In this document: positions 27,482 to 34,667 of the stretch, one piece after another
Layout of the letters: each line of letters opens with the position of its first letter
Position numbering within the stretch: position 1 is the first letter of the stretch
NCBI GenBank assembly: GCA_964616915.1
Contig: CAZTSL010000008.1
Span: 1-43,310, forward strand
Length of the DNA: 43,310 bases
Direction: 5' to 3'
From: an uncultured bacterium
GTDB taxonomy: Bacteria > Myxococcota_A > CAZTSL01
Program-made: the position numbers and the translations under genes
Notes under the pieces: generated by a model
Databases searched by the model: none
Told to the model about the DNA's origin: nothing
Seen by the model: only the letters and a program-made list of their open reading frames with translations

Positions 27482-28435
27482 TCATCCTTTCTCCGTGGGA
27501 TCGGCGTCAGACGCTTCGTCGGGGGGGATGAGGAGGGAGAGCACGATCGATCCCGCAAGCAGCGTGCCCACCACCCCCAGGGAGAGCGTGATCGGAATCT
27601 CGAGGTACTCGTTGACGAGCATCTTGAAGCCCACGAAGATGAGCACGATCCCAAGACCATAGTTGAGGAAGTGGAACTTCTCCACGAAGCGTGCCAGGAG
27701 GAAGTAGAGGGAGCGCAACCCCAGGATCGCGAAGATGTTCGACGTGAAGACGATGAAGGGATCCTTCGTGACCGCGAAGATCGCAGGGATCGAATCGACC
27801 GCGAAGACGACGTCGGTCGCCTCGATCACCACGAGGGTCACGAGGAGCGGCGTGGCATGGAGCCGTCTCTCCTTGCGGATCAGGAACCGGGTCCCGTGAA
27901 GTTCCGTGACCGCGGGCACACACCTCCGGAAGAGCTTCAAGATCCGGTTGCGCTCCGGCGCCACCTCGGTCTCGTGCTCGAGGAGGATCTTGATCCCCGT
28001 GTAGATCAGAAACCCCCCGAAGAGGAAGATGATCCACTCGAAGCGGTTGAGGAGGGCGGCCCCCATCAGAATGAAAGCGATCCGTGTGACCATCGCCCCC
28101 AGAATCCCCCAGAAGAGCACCCGGTGCTGATAGATCGAAGGGATCCCGAAGTAGGAGAAGAGGACCACGAAGACGAAGATGTTATCGACGCTGAGCGCCT
28201 TCTCGATCAGGAAACCGGTCAGGAACTCGAGGGCCCGCTCATGGCCGAATCTCCACCAGATCCCCACGTTGAAGAGGAGCGCAAGCCCGATCCATACCCC
28301 GGTCCAGATCAACGCCTCCCGGGAACGGATCGCATGGGCCTTCCGATGGAACACCCCAAGATCGAGCGCAAGGAGGGAGAAGATGAAGAGCATGAAGCCG
28401 AACCACATCGGAGGGGTCGCAATGCTGTGCCACAT
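27482..28435 (-). CDS. TerC/Alx family membrane protein
   Basis: Motifs LALDLG, IEKALSVDNIFVF, QHRVLFWG, ATP, DVVFAVDSIPA and TSNIFAILGLRSLYF. Confidence 0.95.
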   Translation of the reverse strand: MWHSIATPPMWFGFMLFIFSLLALDLGVFHRKAHAIRSREALIWTGVWIGLALLFNVGIWWRFGHERALEFLTGFLIEKALSVDNIFVFVVLFSYFGIPSIYQHRVLFWGILGAMVTRIAFILMGAALLNRFEWIIFLFGGFLIYTGIKILLEHETEVAPERNRILKLFRRCVPAVTELHGTRFLIRKERRLHATPLLVTLVVIEATDVVFAVDSIPAIFAVTKDPFIVFTSNIFAILGLRSLYFLLARFVEKFHFLNYGLGIVLIFVGFKMLVNEYLEIPITLSLGVVGTLLAGSIVLSLLIPPDEASDADPTEKG

Positions 28436-28483
28436 GGATGCGCATCCTCGATACAGAAAAATCGAGACTCCCGCAGACGAGGC

Positions 28484-30616
28484 TCATCGTACCCCATTTC
28501 CCTCCTCCTGTCCATCGGAGGGGAGACTCTCGATCAACCGGCGGGCGATCTGGGCCTGTCGGGGATCCTTCGTGCCGCGCAGCGCCCGTTCGAGATGATC
28601 CCGCGCCCCCGGCAGATCCCCCCCTTCCAGGAGGGCGACGCCCAGGGAGAAGTGGGCGGAAGGATCGTCCGGACGCAGCGAGACGAGATGGGAGAAGGCC
28701 TCGATCGCCTCGGGGTAGCTCCTCTGCGCCAGGAGGATATCCCCACGCGCGCGCCAGACCTCTGGAGACAAGGGGGCGATGCGCGCGGCCCGATCGAGCG
28801 TGGCAAGCGCCCGCGCAACGTCGGGAAGCAACGCCTCGAGCACGCCAAGGCGCACGAGGAGCGGAACGGAGTGGTCGAGCCGCGCGGTGGCCTTCTCGAG
28901 CAACGCCACCGCCTCCCGGGTCTCCCCCCGCTCGTGCAGGAGGGTGGCCAGGCGCAACCACGCCCCCTCGAGGTCGGGCGCGAGCGATAGCGCGGTTCGC
29001 AGGGCCGCTTCGGCCTTCCTTACCTCCCCCGTGCGCTGGTAGAGTTCCCCGAGGTAGAGGTGGAGGTAGGGATCGTGGGATCGCTCGGGGAGCGCCGAGG
29101 TGTAGAGCGCGATCGCGCGCGGAAGGTCCCCCCGCTGATGGAGGTAGTTGCCCAGCTTCTGCCGATCGAGCGCGCCTGCCGGCGACAACGCCGCAGAGGA
29201 GAGGAGGAAACCGCCAAAGAGGAGGAGCCCCCCGCCCCACCCGATGGCCCCGGCCCGACACTTCCCCCGAAGGAGGAGAACCCCGGGAACCCCCAGCGTC
29301 ACCCCAGCGATCAACAAGAGACTCCACCCGGCGGAGAGACCGGAGAATCGGAGGAGCGTGTCGTTCGCCCCGTCCCAGAGGAGGAGCCGCGTCGAAAACG
29401 CGTAGAGCGGATTCCCGAACGTGTCGGGGAAGAGGGGATCCGTGACGTTGGCCAGGGTCGCCGCCGCGATCGACCAGCCAAGGAGGGCACAGGTGAGCAT
29501 CATGCGCCACCCCCGCCCCCATCCCGCGCCGGCACGCACGATCGGCACGACGAGGAAGGGGAGGAGGGGCACGAGGTGCCGGGGACCGAAACTATACCCC
29601 CCCCCCGGTTGATAGTAGGCCGCGTTGAAGAGGAGTCCCGTCACCCCCATCCCCCCGATCATCACCGCGAGGGAACGCTCCTGCCGCCACAGCCGCACGA
29701 GTGCCGGGAGGAGGAGAAGGAGGAAGGGGGAGAGGAAGAAGAGCCCCCGGCTCGGCGAAAAGAGGATCCAGAGGAGCGCCGAAAGACGCGGGTAGGTGAT
29801 CCCCATGAACCCGTGCGACATCTCCTCCTGGAAGTAGGCGAACGCGTGCGTCCGATACCCGAAGGTCAACGGATCCCCGAAACAGAACGCGTTGTACCAC
29901 CCCACGAGCACGATCGGAAGGAGGATCGCCGCAGCGGTGAAGAGCCCCAGCAACCGGATCGAACGCCCCTCCCACAGCAGGTAGAGCCCGATCCATCCGA
30001 TCAGAAGCCCCGTCGGATACTCGATGAGAAGCGCCGCGCCGGAAAGGAGCCCCGAAGCGAGCACGATGGCCCACCCCCAGCGCCCCTGCCGCCGCCAGAG
30101 CACGAGGAAGGAGGAGAAGAGGAACACCCCCGCGAGTTGATGACCAAAAAAGAGGGTCGCGAAGGGAAAGGCAGGGGTCCCGAAAGCATATCCCAGGACC
30201 ACGAGGAACGCAAAGAGACGCCCACACCCTTCGGATGGCGGTCGCTCGGGGGAACACGCGCGCAACAGGAGAAGGATCAACCAGGCACTCGGCAGCGAGA
30301 TCGTCAGGAACGTCACCCCCCAACGGAAAAACGGTTCCGGGGGATCGAATCCGACCGTCAGCGCCTTGCAGAGGAGATAGGGGAGCACCCCGAGAAAGGA
30401 CGCCCCGAACGCCTTGTCCGAGTAATAGTGCCCCTCATGATAGCTCTTGTCGATCGTGTTGCCGTGGTAGGGATCGATCGAGAGCCGCCCCGTATCACCG
30501 ATCGCATAGACGAGGTCGAGGCGGGAATAGACGTTGGATCCGGGGAGTTCGTGGAGGAAGAGCGCAAGGACCGAAAGGACGAGGAGCGCTGCGGTCCGTG
30601 CCGGGTGCTTCATCAT
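28484..30616 (-). CDS. Polytopic GT-C-like membrane protein with C-terminal TPR repeats (710 aa)
   Basis: ATG 30616 overlaps the hemW stop. Motifs SRLDL, IDKS..EGHYYSDK.FG, EY, LFSPSRGLF and GGYSFGPRHL. About 12 TMs followed by about 6 TPRs. Confidence 0.75.
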   Translation of the reverse strand: MMKHPARTAALLVLSVLALFLHELPGSNVYSRLDLVYAIGDTGRLSIDPYHGNTIDKSYHEGHYYSDKAFGASFLGVLPYLLCKALTVGFDPPEPFFRWGVTFLTISLPSAWLILLLLRACSPERPPSEGCGRLFAFLVVLGYAFGTPAFPFATLFFGHQLAGVFLFSSFLVLWRRQGRWGWAIVLASGLLSGAALLIEYPTGLLIGWIGLYLLWEGRSIRLLGLFTAAAILLPIVLVGWYNAFCFGDPLTFGYRTHAFAYFQEEMSHGFMGITYPRLSALLWILFSPSRGLFFLSPFLLLLLPALVRLWRQERSLAVMIGGMGVTGLLFNAAYYQPGGGYSFGPRHLVPLLPFLVVPIVRAGAGWGRGWRMMLTCALLGWSIAAATLANVTDPLFPDTFGNPLYAFSTRLLLWDGANDTLLRFSGLSAGWSLLLIAGVTLGVPGVLLLRGKCRAGAIGWGGGLLLFGGFLLSSAALSPAGALDRQKLGNYLHQRGDLPRAIALYTSALPERSHDPYLHLYLGELYQRTGEVRKAEAALRTALSLAPDLEGAWLRLATLLHERGETREAVALLEKATARLDHSVPLLVRLGVLEALLPDVARALATLDRAARIAPLSPEVWRARGDILLAQRSYPEAIEAFSHLVSLRPDDPSAHFSLGVALLEGGDLPGARDHLERALRGTKDPRQAQIARRLIESLPSDGQEEGNGVR

Positions 30617-31749
30617 CCGATCAACCTCACCGCGATCTCGTCGGCAAAGAGCCACCCCTCGGGGGTGAGTCGGAGCCGCTCCCCCTCGATGCCGGCGAGG
30701 GCGCGGCGGGTGAGTGCCCGGAGGAAGTCCTCCTTGCCCCGCGTCAGATCGAGGGGGATCCCCTCCGAGGTGCGCACGCCGAGGAGGATCGCTTCCTCCC
30801 GGATCCGTTCCGGGGTACGCGCTTCCCGTCGCTGGGGGGGGAGATCCCCTCCTTCCAGGGCTGCGAGGTACGCATCGAGGCGGGGGAGATTGGCGATCCG
30901 CACCCCCCCCTCCAGGGAATGGGCACCCGGGCCGAGACCGACGTAGGTCTCCCCCTGCCAGTAGGCACGGTTGTGGCGCGCCCAGTGCCCCGGCCGCGCG
31001 GCGTTCGAGATCTCGTAGTGGTCGAAGCCGTGCATCTCGACCCAGTGGGCGGTGAAGCGGTAGAGATCCGCCTTGAGCGATTCGGAGGCCTCGTCCATCC
31101 GGTCCCCGACGCGACGGGCGCGCGCCGGTGGGGCTTCGAGGCAGTAGAAGGAGAGGTGCGGCACCCCGGCCCCGACGAGTTCCTCGAGTGCGCTTTCGAG
31201 CCGCTGCCGCCCCGAACCGGGAATCCCCAGGATGAGGTCCGCACTCCAGGTGGGGAAGCGCGCCGCGACCTCTCCGATCGCACGCCGGCACTCGGCGGGC
31301 GTCGAAACGCGTCCGAGACGCCGCAGATCCGCGGCGTCGAACGCCTGGATCCCGAGGCTGATCCGGTTGACCCCCCTTTCCCGGAGGAGATCGAGCAGAT
31401 CGGGCGTGGCGCTCTCCGGGTTGCACTCCACCGTCACCTCGGAAAGGGTGTGGAGACCGCCGGGGATCGCTTCGGCAAAGGTGCCCAGCAGACGGTCGAG
31501 CGCAGGGAGGGGAAGATCGCTCGGCGTCCCCCCCCCGAGATAGAGGGTCGAAACGCGCTCGCCTCGCGCAAGCCGGGGGAGGACCCGAAGCCGCCACTCC
31601 TCGATCACCGCCGCCACGAAACGCTGCGCCGTATCCCCCCGTTCCTTCGCCGAAACCGTGTAGAAGGTGCAGTAGGGACACTGCACGCGGCAGTAGGGGA
31701 TGTGGAGATAGACGGCGAATCGGTGCGCTTCCTGGGAAGGCGGTTGCAT
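30613..31749 (-). CDS. hemW: Radical SAM heme chaperone HemW (HemN-like)
   Basis: Motifs YLHIPYCRVQCPYC, YLGGGTPS, ECNP, RISLGIQ, YEISN and HNRAYW. Confidence 0.88.
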   Translation of the reverse strand: MQPPSQEAHRFAVYLHIPYCRVQCPYCTFYTVSAKERGDTAQRFVAAVIEEWRLRVLPRLARGERVSTLYLGGGTPSDLPLPALDRLLGTFAEAIPGGLHTLSEVTVECNPESATPDLLDLLRERGVNRISLGIQAFDAADLRRLGRVSTPAECRRAIGEVAARFPTWSADLILGIPGSGRQRLESALEELVGAGVPHLSFYCLEAPPARARRVGDRMDEASESLKADLYRFTAHWVEMHGFDHYEISNAARPGHWARHNRAYWQGETYVGLGPGAHSLEGGVRIANLPRLDAYLAALEGGDLPPQRREARTPERIREEAILLGVRTSEGIPLDLTRGKEDFLRALTRRALAGIEGERLRLTPEGWLFADEIAVRLIG

Positions 31750-31763
31750 CGTCGCTCCCTGGC

Positions 31764-33167
31764 CTACTCGACCTCGCGGCGCAGGAAGGGGATCCCCGTC
31801 TTTCGGGAGGCCTCCCCCACGAAGCGAGCGGCAAGGGCATTGGCCTCCGCAAAGAGGGCCTCCTCGTCGATCGTCAGGAGGCGCCCCTCGGAGACGACGA
31901 TCCTGCCGTTGACGATCGTCGTGTGCGCGCGGTCGTCGTCCCCGCAGAAGAGGAGGGCGGCCACCGGATCGTGCATCGCTCCGGCGTAACCGATCTTCTC
32001 AAGGTCGAAGAGGACGACGTCGGCGGCCTTGCCGGGGGCGAGGATACCGATCTCGTCGTACCCCAGGACCTCGGCCCCCCCCCGTGTGGCCATCCGAAGG
32101 ACCCTGCGGGCGGGCATCCGATCGACGCCGGCGTCGATCCGGTGGATCCGCAGCGCCTGCTTGAGTTCCCCGAGCATATTCGAACTGTCGTTGCTCGCCG
32201 ACCCATCGACGCCGAGCCCCACCGGGACGTTGCGCTCGAGCATCTTCACGATCGGCGCGATCCCGGAGCCCAGACGGAGGTTCGAGACGGGGCAGTGGGC
32301 GACACCCGTTCGGGTGTTTCCCATCCGTTCGATCTCCGCGTCGTCGAGGTGGACCGCATGGGCAAACCAGATGTCGGGACCAAGCCACTCGAGTCGCTCC
32401 ATGTACTCGAGGGGGCGGGCGCCGTAGCGTTCGAGGCAGTAGCGCTCCTCGTCGAGCGTCTCGGCCAGGTGCGTGTGGCAACGGACCCCATGGCTGCGCG
32501 CCAGGCGCACCGTCTCCCGCAGGAGATCCTCGGTCACGGAGAAGGGGGAGCAGGGGGCCAGGGCCACACGGAGCATCGAGCGGGGGGAGGGATCATGCCA
32601 CTTCTCGATCACGCGCTGGCAATCGCGCAGGATCTCCTCCTCTGCCTGCACGACGTCGTCGGGAGGCAGCCCCCCGAGCGATTTCCCCCGCGACATGCTC
32701 CCCCGGGTGGGGTGGAAGCGGATCCCCACCTCCCGGGCCGCGGCCACGAGATCGTCGAAGAGGGTTTCCGGCTGCGACCGGGGAAAGAGGTAGAAGTGAT
32801 CCGTCGAGGTCGTGCATCCCGTCAGGAGGAGTTCCCCGAGCCCCACCTTCGCCCCCACCTCGACGCCTCGCGGCGTGATCTCCCGCCACGTCTCGTAGAG
32901 GCGCAGGAGCCAGTCGAAGAGCTTGGCGTCCTGCACCGCCGGAACGACCCGAAAGAGCGTCTGGTAGAGGTGATGGTGCGTGTTGACGAAGCCGGGCAGC
33001 ACGATCTTTCCCGAGGCATCGATGACGGTCTCCGCCGTTGCCTCGATGTCGGAGCCCACCGCCTCGATCGTCTCTCCGGAGATGAGGAGGTCTCCGCCGG
33101 GGATCTCCCTTTCCTCGTCGTCCATCGTCACGATCACGAGCGCGTTCTTGATGAGGATTCTCGACAT
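31764..33167 (-). CDS. 8-oxoguanine deaminase-like amidohydrolase (AtzB family)
   Basis: Motifs PGFVNTHHHLYQ, LFDWL, RGSMS, GGLPPD, APCSPFSV, HTHLAE, HCP.SN and GVDGSASND. Confidence 0.88.
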   Translation of the reverse strand: MSRILIKNALVIVTMDDEEREIPGGDLLISGETIEAVGSDIEATAETVIDASGKIVLPGFVNTHHHLYQTLFRVVPAVQDAKLFDWLLRLYETWREITPRGVEVGAKVGLGELLLTGCTTSTDHFYLFPRSQPETLFDDLVAAAREVGIRFHPTRGSMSRGKSLGGLPPDDVVQAEEEILRDCQRVIEKWHDPSPRSMLRVALAPCSPFSVTEDLLRETVRLARSHGVRCHTHLAETLDEERYCLERYGARPLEYMERLEWLGPDIWFAHAVHLDDAEIERMGNTRTGVAHCPVSNLRLGSGIAPIVKMLERNVPVGLGVDGSASNDSSNMLGELKQALRIHRIDAGVDRMPARRVLRMATRGGAEVLGYDEIGILAPGKAADVVLFDLEKIGYAGAMHDPVAALLFCGDDDRAHTTIVNGRIVVSEGRLLTIDEEALFAEANALAARFVGEASRKTGIPFLRREVE

Positions 33168-33213
33168 GATGGGTCTCTTCTTCTCGAAGTCTCGGCGATC
33201 CCCCCCCCTCCGA

Positions 33214-33630
33214 TCACCTCGATGCCGGCGGCGCTGGTGTGCCGCGGTTGTGACATATCGGACATCTCCTTCGTGGCATGGTAAGGGCGTGAAGCTCCTG
33301 GAGGAGTGCCTCCCAGGAGAGATCGGCCGCCCCTTTTCTGGCGATGAAGTTCATGTCGCGCCCCTGGGGGAAGCGTGCTTGATGGGTTCGGAAGAACTCA
33401 CGAATACGACGCTTGAGGCGGTTGCGGCGCACCGCGTTGCCGATCCGGCGGCTCACGGTGATTCCGAGGCGGTTGTACCCCAGATCGTTCCGTGCGAAGA
33501 GAAGGAGGAAGTGGGGGGAAGATTTCCGTTTCCCTCTCCGGGAGAGACGGGTGAATTCCGCCCGCCGCCGCAACCGCATCCGCTTCGGAAAGGAAAAGTC
33601 CTCCTTCCCCGGTCTTTCGTGCCCAGGCAC
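33214..33630 (-). CDS. rnpA: Ribonuclease P protein component
   Basis: Motifs RLRRRAEF, RLGITVSRRIG and the RNR motif AVRRNRLKRRIRE. Confidence 0.93.
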   Translation of the reverse strand: MPGHERPGKEDFSFPKRMRLRRRAEFTRLSRRGKRKSSPHFLLLFARNDLGYNRLGITVSRRIGNAVRRNRLKRRIREFFRTHQARFPQGRDMNFIARKGAADLSWEALLQELHALTMPRRRCPICHNRGTPAPPASR

Positions 33631-33647
33631 GTCCTCTCACTACCCCC

Positions 33648-33797
33648 CTACTTCCTGTACCGGGTCGGGGTCAGGCGCTTGCGTCCCTTCATCCGGCGGC
33701 GCTTCAACACGAGACGGCCGTTCTTCGTCTTCATCCTTCTCCGAAAGCCATGCCTGCGCAGGCGTGAGATCACACTTGGCTGATAGGTTCGTTTCAT
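33648..33797 (-). CDS. rpmH: 50S ribosomal protein L34 (49 aa; below track cutoff)
   Basis: Translates as [49 protein letters not shown], with an AGGAGG SD. Confidence 0.96.
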   Translation of the reverse strand: MKRTYQPSVISRLRRHGFRRRMKTKNGRLVLKRRRMKGRKRLTPTRYRK

Positions 33798-33992
33798 CTC
33801 TGCCTCCTGCTCGATTTTTCGATCATTCTCCTGTCGGGCCAGGAATCGCGTCCTTCACGCCACCGGCCTCGCACCGGTGCTCTCGCCCGTAGAGGGGGAG
33901 TATAGCGGAATCATGGCAGAAAAGCCAGTTCGAATCGTCGGCCTCCCAGGGCCATCGCATCTGATTTCTCGGTAACATCTACGATGCCGGAA

Positions 33993-34010
33993 CCCCTTGA
34001 AATGAAGGGG
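33993..34010 (-). terminator. Possible terminator hairpin after the YfhO-PGT gene
   Basis: CCCCTT-N6-AAGGGG, 6 nt after the stop at 34017. The U-tail is weak. Confidence 0.3.
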
Positions 34011-34016
34011 CTTCTC

Positions 34017-34667
34017 TCATGACCAACGTTCATCCGTGATCGGTGGAGGGGGGGGTCGTTCCGGATCGGCCTGGCGGGAGACCGCTGGACGGCGGATCTC
34101 CCGGAGGAGGAAGCCGATCGTTCTCCAGAGGATCACCAGATCGAGGGGGAGAGAGGCGCGGGCCACATATTCACGATCGATTTCGATCCGTCGCTTCCAG
34201 GGGATCCGATCGCGTCCCTCGATCTGGGCAAGACCGGTGATCCCCGGTTTCACACGAAGGCGCTCCCGCTCTTCGGGAGTGTAGCCCGCAACCTGTTCCG
34301 GGAGCGCCGGTCGGGGGCCGACGAGGGACATCTCCCCCTTGAGGACGTTCCAGAGTTGGGGAAGCTCGTCGATACCGGTACGCCGAAGCCATCTCCCCAG
34401 ACGGGTGATCCGTGGATCGTCGGGAGAGAGGGGTTCCCAGATCTCCGCGGGGGTGGGCTCGCTTCCGGGACGCATCGTCCGGAACTTCCAGAGCGTGAAG
34501 AGACGGCCATCGCGTCCCACGCGGCGCTGCCGGAAGAAGGCCCCCCCCCGCGATTCGAGCGGGATGATGAGCGTCAGGAACAGGGTCAAGGGGAGGGTGA
34601 GGAGAAGGAGGAGCAGGGCGCCGATCAGATCGAGCCCCCGCTTGATCCAGCCGTAAGCGCCACGCAT
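34017..34667 (-). CDS. Small monotopic phosphoglycosyl transferase (PglC/WcaJ-type bacterial sugar transferase), internal start (216 aa)
   Basis: GGGAGGG SD before ATG 34667. Motifs KRGLDL, FFRQ.RVG, KFRTM, DPRIT, IDELPQL.NVLKGEMSLVGPRP and KPGITGLAQ. Confidence 0.8.
   Translation of the reverse strand: MRGAYGWIKRGLDLIGALLLLLLTLPLTLFLTLIIPLESRGGAFFRQRRVGRDGRLFTLWKFRTMRPGSEPTPAEIWEPLSPDDPRITRLGRWLRRTGIDELPQLWNVLKGEMSLVGPRPALPEQVAGYTPEERERLRVKPGITGLAQIEGRDRIPWKRRIEIDREYVARASLPLDLVILWRTIGFLLREIRRPAVSRQADPERPPPPPITDERWS

Noticed and set aside
28419-28432. Sigma54-like TGGCAC-AGCA-TTGC at the terC start
   Set aside because: GG-to-GC spacing is 9 nt instead of the required 10, and it lies inside the CDS.
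30617-31852. Upstream extension of the 1122-aa track ORF as a fourth fusion
   Set aside because: It overlaps hemW in another frame and is Arg/Pro/Gly-rich noise. The same applies to the extensions of 1793..3541 and 20835..22571.
33214-33290. RRCPICH tail of RnpA as a yidD remnant or Zn site
   Set aside because: It has only two Cys and lacks the YidD CRFxPTCS motif. It is probably a variable tail.
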